Shown: piece after piece, positions 39,296-49,102 of the stretch
Layout of the letters: each line of letters opens with the position of its first letter
Numbering within the stretch: position 1 is the stretch's first letter
DNA from: Fibrobacterales bacterium
Lineage (GTDB): Bacteria > Fibrobacterota > Fibrobacteria > Fibrobacterales > JAOPTW01
Assembly: GCA_051532055.1 (NCBI GenBank)
Contig: JAOPTX010000032.1
Coordinates: 125,115 to 189,114, forward strand
Length of the DNA stretch: 64,000 nt
Direction of reading: 5' to 3'
Made by a program: the position numbers and the translations under genes
Notes under the pieces: model-generated
The model's database searches: none
Seen by the model: the letters and a program-made list of their open reading frames with translations, nothing else
What the model was told of the DNA's origin: nothing

Positions 39296-39354
39296 AAAGC
39301 AGAAAGCGTACACTCATTCGATAAGGGTATAGTGTAGCAGCTCCTGCTTTTTTT
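39296..39354 (+). terminator. Long interrupted hairpin with a U7 tail downstream of the H1-like gene
   Basis: AAAGCAG/CTGCTTT and TACACT/AGTGTA stems, followed by TTTT. Confidence 0.6.
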
Positions 39355-39535
39355 GTGCCTATTCTAAACATCTATTTAGACAAGCCCACGCTTACAAAGT
39401 TTTACTCCCCAAAACCACTCTTTCATTCAATATTTTCGCCCTTTTTGTATAAGTCTCATTAATAATTACTTTTTTTAGTATTTTTAATATTAATAGTAAT
39501 GCGTATTTTTACATACATTGACTGATAGAGGCCAT

Positions 39536-40237
39536 ATGAGCGATAGTTCCAAGTTTACCATTCTTATCATTGAAGATGAAGCCCAAATAGCAGAAGGGTT
39601 AGTTGATCTCTTCCAATTCAAAGGCTACGAAGCAGATGTAGCCCAAGATGGCGAATCTGGTTTGACTATGGCACTTACAGGTAAATACGATCTTATTATC
39701 CTCGACCTTATGCTCCCAAAAATGGACGGATTTACTGTATGTAATAAAATCCGTGAACAGACTCGAGAGCTTCCAATTATTATACTCTCGGCAAAAGCAT
39801 CTGAAGAAGACATTGTTAATGGCCTGACACTCGGTGCAGACGACTATATAAATAAGCCTTTTTCTGTAGGCCCCCTCTTTGCTCGTGTAGAAGCCGTGCT
39901 ACGAAGAAGTCGAAAAATTCTTGAAAAAGACAACTTTCTTGTTCTCGACACCATGACCATTGACTTTAAAATGCTTCAAGGTGATAATGATAACGAAAAA
40001 ATCTACTTCACTCGTAAAGAAATAGAAATTCTTAAGCACCTAAATATCAATAAGAATAATGTTGTGTCCCGTACAGACCTTCTTCGTGAAGTTTGGGGTT
40101 ACGATGATCCAAGCACTATTGATACTCGTACTGTCGACATCCATATCACTAAACTAAGAAAGAAAATAGAGCGTGACCCAGCATCACCGAAATTCTTGCT
40201 AACCCTTAGGGGCAAAGGGTATCAGCTCTGCGTTTAG
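39536..40237 (+). CDS. OmpR/PhoB family response regulator
   Basis: IEDE, ILDLMLP, GADDYINKPF, RTVDIHITKLRKKIE and TLRGKGY motifs. Confidence 0.93.
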   Translation: MSDSSKFTILIIEDEAQIAEGLVDLFQFKGYEADVAQDGESGLTMALTGKYDLIILDLMLPKMDGFTVCNKIREQTRELPIIILSAKASEEDIVNGLTLGADDYINKPFSVGPLFARVEAVLRRSRKILEKDNFLVLDTMTIDFKMLQGDNDNEKIYFTRKEIEILKHLNINKNNVVSRTDLLREVWGYDDPSTIDTRTVDIHITKLRKKIERDPASPKFLLTLRGKGYQLCV

Positions 40238-40240
40238 CAC

Positions 40241-41857
40241 ATGAATAAGATAAAACTCTATTTTATCATATTTTTCCTTTCTATAATAATTCCGTCTGGA
40301 GTGTTATTATACAACCTTGATAGTCACATGGACTCATTATCACTTGAAGTCCAGCGTGAGAAAGCACAGCAAATCCCTCTTCGCATCAATCAACGACTCG
40401 TTGAGGGTATTCAAAAAGAGTTTCACCGGTCTCCAAAGCAGTATCAAAAAGCCTATCTCGGGGATACCGCCCAAAGTCATAGTCCTCTTACTGAATATCC
40501 AGTACTGAACTTACAATCGAGCATTATTGGGCATTTTCAAATATCACCTGCCAATGAATTTCACACACCTTTTTTCTCTCCTGATCTCGACTCAGCTGAT
40601 TTTGATTTCGATTCACGTCAAGCCGCATACCTTAATCTTAAAGATCTTGTAGAGTCCTTCAAGCTATCACAAAATCTTGAAGGAGACCCAAGCGTAGGCG
40701 CACCGCGTACCATACCAAACGGTGTCACAAGTAGCAATTTAAGAATGAGTACTTTCAAGACTCTTTCACAACATAATAACATCATCTATTATCGTACTGT
40801 TAAATATGGCCAACTCACATACATACAAGGATTTGTGATTGATGCAACAATTTATCTTAAAAAATGTACCGATTTCACTCTTAAACACGCTTTTCCCTCA
40901 TCCATTTTTGATATTCAATTCTATTCCGGCGAAACAACCATTCTTGACACCGAACACATTGAAGAATCACCGAAGGATGCCATTCTCCTTATAAGAAAAC
41001 CTGTTTCCCGAATGATACCAGGTATTGATGTCGTAGTCTACCCAGTAAATCATAACCCGTATAGTAGCAACTGGCTTGTGCTCTTCTGGGGATTACTTGT
41101 CTCCCTACTGCTTATTGGCGGACTCTTTAGTGTTTATCGCCTTATGAGTGATCAAATTGCACTATCGAAGAAACGCGCTGATTTTATATCTGCAATAAGT
41201 CACGAATTTAAAACCCCCCTCACCTCTATACAAATGTATAGCGAAATGCTCGAAGAAGGCTGGGTTACTGATACGGCAAAAATCAAACACTACTCGCACC
41301 TTATTACTTCAGAATCAAATAGACTTTCGCGACTCATCACCAACATACTGACCCTCTCAAACTTCGAGCATAATCAATGGCCTATCAACCCAGAGCCCAC
41401 TAATGTTACCGATTCCCTCCAAGCTTTTATGGACAAATACAAGAGTACTGTTGAAGAACGTGGCTTTATTGTCGAAGTCTACTCAACACCTACGGCCTAC
41501 AAATACCAAATTGATCAAGAGGCACTCTTTCATGTACTGCTCAACCTTGCAGAAAATGCAATTAAATTTTCTTACTCCTCAGAAATCAAGAAACTGATTT
41601 TTTCACTCGACCATAAAGATGGCGATGTCTATCTCAGTATTCGTGATTTTGGCCCAGGGGTCCCCAAAAAAGATATCAGTAAAATATTTGATGATTTCTA
41701 TAGAGTTGAGAGTGAAATGACCCGAACCACTAAAGGTACTGGTATTGGACTTTCTCTTGTTAAACACCTTTGTAGAGCAATGGATATTCAACTACTCGCT
41801 CAAAATAGCAACCCAGGCCTTACCATTACTCTTATCTTTAGGTTTGGTGAGCTTTAA
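40241..41857 (+). CDS. Membrane sensor histidine kinase
   Basis: Two TM helices; ISHEFKTPLT, NLAENAIKF, DFGPG and GTGIGL motifs. Confidence 0.93.
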   Translation: MNKIKLYFIIFFLSIIIPSGVLLYNLDSHMDSLSLEVQREKAQQIPLRINQRLVEGIQKEFHRSPKQYQKAYLGDTAQSHSPLTEYPVLNLQSSIIGHFQISPANEFHTPFFSPDLDSADFDFDSRQAAYLNLKDLVESFKLSQNLEGDPSVGAPRTIPNGVTSSNLRMSTFKTLSQHNNIIYYRTVKYGQLTYIQGFVIDATIYLKKCTDFTLKHAFPSSIFDIQFYSGETTILDTEHIEESPKDAILLIRKPVSRMIPGIDVVVYPVNHNPYSSNWLVLFWGLLVSLLLIGGLFSVYRLMSDQIALSKKRADFISAISHEFKTPLTSIQMYSEMLEEGWVTDTAKIKHYSHLITSESNRLSRLITNILTLSNFEHNQWPINPEPTNVTDSLQAFMDKYKSTVEERGFIVEVYSTPTAYKYQIDQEALFHVLLNLAENAIKFSYSSEIKKLIFSLDHKDGDVYLSIRDFGPGVPKKDISKIFDDFYRVESEMTRTTKGTGIGLSLVKHLCRAMDIQLLAQNSNPGLTITLIFRFGEL

Positions 41858-42729
41858 CTTCCCACTCTTCTATATAGATCTATGAAGCGCAGTTGTGGTA
41901 CTTCCTTAAGAAGCCCCAATGATACCGATTCAGTATAAAACTCAATCAGAGAATGCCAATGTTCGTCTTCAAGTCGATAAACCATTGCATTAAAATAGTC
42001 TCCAAGCAAAGTATCTGGGAGAGAAAGTGGATATTGACCTCTCCAGATATCAATTGCTTTACTTCGATTTTCATTGAATGCAGTATAACTCAACTCAACA
42101 GAGTGTAAAAAGGCCTGTAAAAGCTTATGTATATCATTTGACAAGTCACTTCGCATAATCCATAGTCCAAATACAAACGGGGCCCCTTTCCAAGAAAGCC
42201 ACTCATCAGCCAAATCAAACTGCAATATTCCCTCTCTCTTTTGTGTAACTATCTCAAGCGCTGCATCACCAATGCGTAACTCTGCATCATAGCCTCCCCC
42301 CTTCTTCAGAGGCACAAAAGAGGGTCTGACCTTATATTTTTTTGCACAAAGTATTTTTAAAAGCGCCACTGATGTCTCTGAGTCTGGCGTCACCCCAATC
42401 ATTTTACCATCGAGCTCTCTCCAAGAAAATTGAGAAAAAAGAACAACAGAAAGAACCTCTTTTCTTGCAGATATACCAAGAGATGGGTGCAGAAGGTACC
42501 GAGATGAGTCTTTAGCATACGCTATAGAAGAAGAGGGAGCTACATCAATTTTTCCTTCATGTAGTAACTGATTCAAACCTGAAGGTACTCCATCGACGTA
42601 AGAAATTGCCTCATTATTTGTAGGGAGTTTCCAGAAAAAAGGGATCACATTACAAAAGGAAAGCCTTCCTACACGTAATATAGGCCGACTTCCCTTAAAT
42701 ATCTTGTTTTTTTGAGCTGAAATGGCCAT
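41854..42729 (-). CDS. mqnA: Chorismate dehydratase (futalosine menaquinone pathway)
   Basis: NVIP, PSGLN, VLSV.LFS, SETSVAL, IGDAAL and DLADEW...PFVFGLW motifs. Confidence 0.85.
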   Translation of the reverse strand: MAISAQKNKIFKGSRPILRVGRLSFCNVIPFFWKLPTNNEAISYVDGVPSGLNQLLHEGKIDVAPSSSIAYAKDSSRYLLHPSLGISARKEVLSVVLFSQFSWRELDGKMIGVTPDSETSVALLKILCAKKYKVRPSFVPLKKGGGYDAELRIGDAALEIVTQKREGILQFDLADEWLSWKGAPFVFGLWIMRSDLSNDIHKLLQAFLHSVELSYTAFNENRSKAIDIWRGQYPLSLPDTLLGDYFNAMVYRLEDEHWHSLIEFYTESVSLGLLKEVPQLRFIDLYRRVGS

Positions 42730-42886
42730 ATGTTATGCGATTTTCTCTTTTGTTGCTTTTAAGAAGCAGTTATTTTCTTATATTTATCAAAGATAAATAA
42801 TAATTCTATTTATCGCAGAACTCACTATGCTCTTACAATGCTGAAAAGTTTGAGAGCTCATGTACAACTGTAATTAAGTGTGATAG

Positions 42887-43171
42887 ATGCCAAGATTTAA
42901 AGTTAAGAAAACATCGTTAATGGAAGACCAAAAAGGTGTTGTATTCAAAGGCAAAGTAATTGAAGGACCCATCAACAAAGGTATGACTGTTGATATTCCC
43001 ATTACTGAAGCTGCAACGATTTCTATGAAGGTTTTCGATATAATTCACTTTGAGAAACAGAAAGATGAAGACAAAAAGATTGGTCTTGTGATCGATTTTG
43101 CCCAAGAGCCGGAAGCTCTCGAAATTGTTCTTAATCTCAATATTTCAAACGAAATTCTCGAAGCACGTTAA
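42887..43171 (+). CDS. Small protein resembling a stand-alone EF-Tu domain II-like beta-barrel
   Basis: F.V......GVVFKGKVIEG.INKGM.V pattern; followed by its own terminator. Confidence 0.55.
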   Translation: MPRFKVKKTSLMEDQKGVVFKGKVIEGPINKGMTVDIPITEAATISMKVFDIIHFEKQKDEDKKIGLVIDFAQEPEALEIVLNLNISNEILEAR

Positions 43172-43191
43172 ACCCAACCAAACTTAAAGCA

Positions 43192-43238
43192 AACCCTAAG
43201 CCTACTTCAAACACTGGTTTAGGGTTGTTTTTGTTTTT
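43192..43238 (+). terminator. Intrinsic terminator
   Basis: Stem AACCCTAAGCC/GGTTTAGGGTT followed by T-runs. Confidence 0.7.
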
Positions 43239-43345
43239 CCCAATTATCTTTATAAACTACTATATCTGAAATTTTTCTACTAACTATCACTCTATTTATA
43301 TCCGATAGACTAAAAGAGAAAACTCTATGATATACTTAGAATATA

Positions 43346-46267
43346 GTGGTAATTTATAATAAAATACGAATGGCAGCATTTATTTCGCTGGTACTCCTGG
43401 ATTCGCTTTGGTCGAATCCTGTTGAAGGGCTTTTTGAATTTACTGAGGATAGTTACAGTGGAACTGCAGCCCTCCAATTCCTAAAGCTTCCTTCCGGAGC
43501 TCGCCCCCTTGGTATGGGTGGTAATATTGCCGCAATCGATATTCAACCTACATCAATCCACTGGAATCCTGCAGCCATTGCTGACATCTATAGCTACTGG
43601 TCAACACTCTCACATACAGAAATTTTTGGTGAATGGCGCCATGAATATATCGCAACCACCGTACCCTCACCGTTTTCTCGGGGAACCTTTGGCTTTGCAG
43701 GGTCGGTTCTCATGACCACCCCTTTTACAAACTCGCGTGATATTTATGAGGACAAAAATAGTTTTTACGCTACAGATGTTGCACTCTCTGCAGGCTATGG
43801 TTGGTATTTAATTCCAGATATTTTTTCAATGGGAGCAACAGGCTCCTTCCTAGCGAGTCTTATAGATAGCTATTCAGGTATCAGTGCCTCCGTCGATATT
43901 AGTGCCCGAGGAAAGCTTATCTATGGGATGTATAGTTCGCTTAGCCTCAACAATATCTCTCCTGGAATTACCTACAATACAAGTACCGACGATGGAGCAA
44001 AACTCCCAACAACACTTCAATGGAGTATCGGCAAACCATTAACAAAACACCCAGGCTCATTCCCCTTTGCATGGAGTATTGGTTATACAAAAACCAATGA
44101 TGGCTATCAAGTTGCACAAGGTGGTTTAGAGCTCGCCTTCCTTGGTCGCTCTGTCTTTGCCCGAGGAGGATACGAATACAGTATATTTGATACAGAACTT
44201 GATTGGAGCCGGGGCATCTCAATGGGTGCCGGATTTATCATTAACTCTCTTACTATTGATTATGGTTTTAAGATGATAGGTGAACTCGGCAATTATCACT
44301 CATTAAGTATCAACTTTGCAGATGTTCCAAAAACAGAGCGCACTCCTCAAAACTGGCTCGAAATGGCCCAGGAGGCTTTTGGAGAGGGGCAATGTGCTGA
44401 TGCAACTACTTATGCAAAAAATCACTACAAACAACATCCTGCAAATCTTGAAGCCCTTACTATAATCCAACGCTGTGGACATATCGCCAGAGAAGAGTCG
44501 GGCATGTATGTGAACCTTGTCTTTACTGCAAATGCACTCGGTCGCATTAGTCCTGTTTGGATTGATGAATCTCCTGTTGGCGGCCTCTCACGGAGAGCAA
44601 CATTCTTTAATACTGAACAAAAGCGATTTCCGCAAACCCTTCTCCTTGATGCGGGTAATATTTTTGATTCAACTGATACACAACTCCAATCAAGCAATAG
44701 CGTACTTGCTCATGGCTATGAATATTTAGGATACCACTCCCTTAATCTTGGGCATAGAGAACTCTCACATATCACTCTTAAAAAAATGAATGTTCAGCTC
44801 CCCTGGATTCAAAGCCAAAAAAGTGAGGCGCTCGGGCCAACAATTTCCAAAGAGACCTTTTATACATTTAATGGTTTTACCGTTGCCGTAGTGGGTCTTA
44901 TCTCTCAACAAATAGATGACGGGTTCCCTCACTATATTGAATCATTCAATCGAGTACGCTCTGGCTGGAGTACACGACCCCATCTCATTGTTGCGCTCCT
45001 CGATGGAACCCTTAAAGAAGCTGAATATCTTGCACTTTCAGCAGCTCAGGTTGATGTGATTATTGTTTCTGGTGGTGAAGATATGCTTGAACGGCCCATC
45101 AAAATCAATAAAACTCTTATTGTCTGCCCCGGGACTCTTGGTACCCATGTAGGTGAACTCACACTTTATTTTAATGACGAGAAACAAGTAGATTCTCATA
45201 AGCATAGGCTCGTAGGGCTTAATGCTGATATTCAATCAGATGTTACCCTCTCTCAACTCCTAAATGAAACCCTCGATTATGTATCAGATCAAAATAACAA
45301 ATCGATCATTGACCAATATGTATACAAAAACTTCATCTATCAAATGAACACCGAAACTGACTCAACCACACTCTACATACATGAAGCAGACAAAAACTAC
45401 AATTATCAAATTACCCCTCCAGGAATATACACAAACATTAGCCTTGCCCCATCACAATCAAAATTTTCATATGTAACCCACACTAATGGCAAAGATTCGA
45501 TAATCATAAAAAACAGTGGTGACTCTACAGCTACCGTAATTAAGACTGATGGAAGCCCTATACATCACGTTGAATGGGATGCTCTCGAGAACTGGGTCTA
45601 TTTCACCCAAAAAGTGAGCCACACAGTTAGTGACATCTATCGAGTCACCCCTTTAGGGTATGACAAAATAAACCTTTCAACCGGACGCTATGGCTCGGTA
45701 AGGCGCTTTGACATAGCTCCCAATGGGAGGCATCTCGCCTACGAATCGTACACCGCCCCCTTCACCACCCTTTACCATTCGGCAATGGGCCTTGGGCGCC
45801 CTGCAGCATTTTCTAGAACGAACACTCATGCATCTCACCCAAAATACAGTCCAGACAGTAAAAATATTGCATTTATGGAACGTTCGGATATTGTCAATGG
45901 AAACGATACTCTTTTTAATGTTCTCTACTGGGATATTGACTTAGATACCCTCTATACGGTATGTGAGGGGAAACATGTGAAAGATTTTAGCTGGAACAGA
46001 GATGGCACTGAAATTCTATTTTCATCAGGTATTAACATAACCGATATTAACATATTTTCACTTGCCACGGAACGAACCCACAAGCTCAATACAACACTTG
46101 TAACCGGTAGTGAATATCAACCATTCCCTTATCGTTATCTTGGGCAAGATGGCATACTGTATAACTATCGTGAAGGCAAGAAAAATTCTATCTACTGGCA
46201 ATCCCAAAGTGATGGTAAAACATATAATCTTATTGATAATTCAGGACACAACCTATTGGTACCATAA
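43346..46267 (+). CDS. PorV/PorQ-like beta-barrel fused to a TPR-like helix pair, a 5'-nucleotidase/UshA-like domain and a TolB-like beta-propeller
   Basis: FLKLPSGARPLGMG...WNPAA (PorV/FadL-like). GGLSRRAT, LLDAGN, LGHRE and VDVIIVSG (metallophosphoesterase-like). IAPNG, YSPDS and WNRDG (PD40-type repeats). Confidence 0.75.
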   Translation: MVIYNKIRMAAFISLVLLDSLWSNPVEGLFEFTEDSYSGTAALQFLKLPSGARPLGMGGNIAAIDIQPTSIHWNPAAIADIYSYWSTLSHTEIFGEWRHEYIATTVPSPFSRGTFGFAGSVLMTTPFTNSRDIYEDKNSFYATDVALSAGYGWYLIPDIFSMGATGSFLASLIDSYSGISASVDISARGKLIYGMYSSLSLNNISPGITYNTSTDDGAKLPTTLQWSIGKPLTKHPGSFPFAWSIGYTKTNDGYQVAQGGLELAFLGRSVFARGGYEYSIFDTELDWSRGISMGAGFIINSLTIDYGFKMIGELGNYHSLSINFADVPKTERTPQNWLEMAQEAFGEGQCADATTYAKNHYKQHPANLEALTIIQRCGHIAREESGMYVNLVFTANALGRISPVWIDESPVGGLSRRATFFNTEQKRFPQTLLLDAGNIFDSTDTQLQSSNSVLAHGYEYLGYHSLNLGHRELSHITLKKMNVQLPWIQSQKSEALGPTISKETFYTFNGFTVAVVGLISQQIDDGFPHYIESFNRVRSGWSTRPHLIVALLDGTLKEAEYLALSAAQVDVIIVSGGEDMLERPIKINKTLIVCPGTLGTHVGELTLYFNDEKQVDSHKHRLVGLNADIQSDVTLSQLLNETLDYVSDQNNKSIIDQYVYKNFIYQMNTETDSTTLYIHEADKNYNYQITPPGIYTNISLAPSQSKFSYVTHTNGKDSIIIKNSGDSTATVIKTDGSPIHHVEWDALENWVYFTQKVSHTVSDIYRVTPLGYDKINLSTGRYGSVRRFDIAPNGRHLAYESYTAPFTTLYHSAMGLGRPAAFSRTNTHASHPKYSPDSKNIAFMERSDIVNGNDTLFNVLYWDIDLDTLYTVCEGKHVKDFSWNRDGTEILFSSGINITDINIFSLATERTHKLNTTLVTGSEYQPFPYRYLGQDGILYNYREGKKNSIYWQSQSDGKTYNLIDNSGHNLLVP

Positions 46268-46353
46268 TCTATCAATAGCCTAGAAAAGAGATATTCGCTC
46301 CTCAAGACTTACCCCTTTTGTTATTTTTCTCATAGAATCAGTTAGGAAATCCA

Positions 46354-47034
46354 ATGAAATTTATTTTATACACCGCTCTATTACTTTGCATGTTCTCTCT
46401 TAGCTTTGCAGAAAGCCCCTACATCAGCGTTTCGGGCGAATCAGAAGAACAACTTGAACCTCAATATGCAAAGATTTCTGGACAAATCAAAACCGTACAC
46501 CCTTCTATGGAAAAAAGTCACTCACGACTTATTAAAAGAATCAAGCTTCTTAATAAACATCTACTCGATGCGGGAATATCTGGAAATGACCTCGAAAAAT
46601 CCAATGTACGCCAAGGGGTTACTCACGAATGGAAAAAGAAAGAACGAATCGTAACTGGCTATTTTTCATCAGTGCAAGTAGACATAACCGTCTCCAACCT
46701 GAATGACCTTCAAAAGGTCTATAAAGCCCTCTCAAAACTCCAGGAATTTTCAATAACCAATACTCAATATCGTCGCTTTGATTTAGAAGAACAACAGATA
46801 AAACAAGCAGAAAAAGCCTTAAAAAAGGCCAAGACTAAAGCATTTCGAATGGCACGAACATTAGGGGCCTCATTAGGCTCCCCCCAACGTATTTCTGAAA
46901 CAGGAACTCACCGCCCTCGCCCCATGGTTAAATCAATGTCTGCGCTCCATGCTGATGTCGGAGCTCACCAAGAAGACTTTTCAGGGTATTTAATCGTACG
47001 GTCAGTTGTACAGGTTGATTTTTTGCTAAAATAA
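46354..47034 (+). CDS. SIMPL (DUF541) domain periplasmic protein
   Basis: Signal peptide; ISVSGESE...P, A.KKAKTKA..MA..LG..LG and V.V.F C-terminus. Confidence 0.85.
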   Translation: MKFILYTALLLCMFSLSFAESPYISVSGESEEQLEPQYAKISGQIKTVHPSMEKSHSRLIKRIKLLNKHLLDAGISGNDLEKSNVRQGVTHEWKKKERIVTGYFSSVQVDITVSNLNDLQKVYKALSKLQEFSITNTQYRRFDLEEQQIKQAEKALKKAKTKAFRMARTLGASLGSPQRISETGTHRPRPMVKSMSALHADVGAHQEDFSGYLIVRSVVQVDFLLK

Positions 47035-47110
47035 AAGGTTATGCCCTCAGCACTGCTCCAAAATCTATTTTAAAAAGAAGAGGTTGATACACACCTCGAA
47101 GGAGTATAAA

Positions 47111-47185
47111 ATGACAGTACTTTTTAATATAGTTGTCATCGCGATAATACTTACTGCTCTCTATATTGGCACTCAAGTATTCTAG
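47111..47185 (+). CDS. 24-aa single-pass membrane peptide MTVLFNIVVIAIILTALYIGTQVF (below the ORF-track cutoff)
   Basis: AAGGAG ends 6 nt before ATG 47111. The peptide has no charged residues and fills an otherwise empty intergenic gap. Confidence 0.6.
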   Translation: MTVLFNIVVIAIILTALYIGTQVF

Positions 47186-47247
47186 CGAAATGATGGGCCA
47201 CACACTGACGCCCTTCTTCTACTGTTGTGAATCAGTAGTTAATGGTG

Positions 47248-47736
47248 TTATATCGTTATTATATTTTGAAATACAATCTGAGGGCGCCCCCCCTCACCTG
47301 CCTGATATTTGTTGGCAGCCTCTATTAATGATTTTTTATCGATACCAAACCGCTCCATATCTGATTCCAAAAGATAGTTACTCCCATTTATAAGGAGCAT
47401 ATCTCGCCCTTTTACCTCTCCGCGATCGTGCTTCAATGTAGAGATGGCCAGTTGAATTAATCCTTTAAGTCCATCATACGTCCTGCTCCCCTTGGATTCT
47501 AGTCTCCACAACCCTTCAAATACTTCATGAGTTTCCCAGTAGTAGTCTGCATTAAAAAGATCAATACCATAGAGATAATGCTTATTTTCTCTCCAATCAG
47601 CGCCTTCATAGGTTAAGGGGGTTGGTTCACCAAGACCATCATCTATTTCTTTAATCGCACGTTTAATTTCAGGATGTGGCTCAATTCTATGGTCATCATA
47701 CTTTATGGGAAAAGGTGTCGTAGTGTAGCGACTCAT
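47248..47736 (-). CDS. DUF309 domain protein
   Basis: GIDLFNADYYWETHEVFEGLW and KGLIQLA motifs. Confidence 0.85.
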   Translation of the reverse strand: MSRYTTTPFPIKYDDHRIEPHPEIKRAIKEIDDGLGEPTPLTYEGADWRENKHYLYGIDLFNADYYWETHEVFEGLWRLESKGSRTYDGLKGLIQLAISTLKHDRGEVKGRDMLLINGSNYLLESDMERFGIDKKSLIEAANKYQAGEGGRPQIVFQNIITI

Positions 47737-48971
47737 TACATGACTCCCTCAATCCACTTAGCAACGGCACAATACACTTTTTGTGTGTATTCTATATGAT
47801 CCCGGTCTATTTTATTCATCGTGCCAGAAGCTTCCCAAAAAGTTGTTAAAAATGCTGCATTCTCTTCTGCATTTGGATTATCAAGATTCTCAACTTTCAC
47901 CGACTCATATCCAAACTCTTCAGGAGTAAAAACACGCTTCTCTTTAGCTACATCTCCATACTCATCTCTATACGCAATGGTTATGTGGACTCCTCGTGCA
48001 AAAGAAGGCGTCAACCCCCCTTCAAGGCCCTTAAAAACACCAACAGCAATTGAATACCCTTGTTCTATAGCAACATCTAAAATCATCTCTGAGTACCGTC
48101 CATGAAACGACGAAAAGAGACCGATCTTTGTCCCAAATGGATTAATCATTTTCTCAATTGTCGCAAGAAAGGGCCGTTTTTTTATTTCACGGCGAATACG
48201 CTGATATTTAGTAAGAGCAGGAAAAAGGTCATTTTGATTTACAAAAAGCCCTGTATTAGATATCGGCATGTCTTTAACAATACCCATATAAAACGTGCGA
48301 TCGAGTGCTTTAGCTAATCCAAGAAGGTTTGTACCAAATTTAGGGCCCGCACTCTCACCACACATACAAAGGGTTTTAAATCCTGCCTTGTTGAGCTCTT
48401 CAATAATAATGGGGGTCAATAGGAAACTGCGGTTAGTACCATCAAAAGGTTCCGCAAGTTGAATCACTCTTTCATCTTTTACCTTACGAGACTCAGGGAG
48501 GCCATCAATTTTTTCGATGGCCTCTATAAGACCAACATACTCTTCTGCTGTTTCGTATTTGATACGCAATACCGAAGCGAAAAACCCACGCACAAAATCA
48601 TTATTCGTTGACATAAGAAACTCGCCTAGGATTCGCGCTTCGTTACGACTCAGATCCATTTTGTCAAGAAGGCCTTTTCCAAAACCTTGAATTTCAACGG
48701 GGGTATCGTTCAAAAAATAATTAATAAAGACAGATGACGACCGTAGACAATTCGAAACGCCTATAGACTCCAACCTAATTTCTTCAGAGGTAGGGTGCTT
48801 AAAAAACAGCGCGCCTAAAAATGCTCCCTGTATAGACCTTGGAGCAATCTCTTCTTGAAATTCCTCAATGATCGCATCAACAAGTTCAGGGGTACAATCG
48901 ACACACCTCTTGCCCGTTCCAATATTTTGAATCCCCTCTTCAATAGCTGGTGCAATAACACTACTCTTCAC
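47736..48971 (-). CDS. Anthranilate phosphoribosyltransferase-like (TrpD2/YbiB-like) protein
   Basis: IGTGK, GAFLGAL, EPFDG..RS, GPKFG and R.IKKRPFLATIEK motifs; the TrpD GTGGD motif is absent. GTG 48971 follows a GGGG RBS; start uncertain. Confidence 0.7.
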   Translation of the reverse strand: MKSSVIAPAIEEGIQNIGTGKRCVDCTPELVDAIIEEFQEEIAPRSIQGAFLGALFFKHPTSEEIRLESIGVSNCLRSSSVFINYFLNDTPVEIQGFGKGLLDKMDLSRNEARILGEFLMSTNNDFVRGFFASVLRIKYETAEEYVGLIEAIEKIDGLPESRKVKDERVIQLAEPFDGTNRSFLLTPIIIEELNKAGFKTLCMCGESAGPKFGTNLLGLAKALDRTFYMGIVKDMPISNTGLFVNQNDLFPALTKYQRIRREIKKRPFLATIEKMINPFGTKIGLFSSFHGRYSEMILDVAIEQGYSIAVGVFKGLEGGLTPSFARGVHITIAYRDEYGDVAKEKRVFTPEEFGYESVKVENLDNPNAEENAAFLTTFWEASGTMNKIDRDHIEYTQKVYCAVAKWIEGVM

Positions 48972-49049
48972 GCATTCCCCTTTTCCAATGTTTTGCAATT
49001 GTCTTGTTTAAATTAAAAGATAAGCTAATAGATTAGATTAGTAGAATCC

Positions 49050-49076
49050 AAAGCCTCTTTTTACACGAAAGAGGCT
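49050..49076 (-). terminator. Probable terminator after mutY
   Basis: Stem AGCCTCTTT/AAAGAGGCT with a short U-tail. Confidence 0.55.
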
Positions 49077-49102
49077 ACTTTAAACAATTCCGTTATTCTC
49101 AA

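Noticed and set aside
44505..44600. UshA-like selenoprotein (CxU) motif in the PorV fusion
   Set aside because: The equivalent position reads SPVWIDE, with no Cys and no in-frame TGA.
47736..48971. True trpD
   Set aside because: It lacks the GTGGD and KHGN motifs, so it is treated as a TrpD-like paralog.
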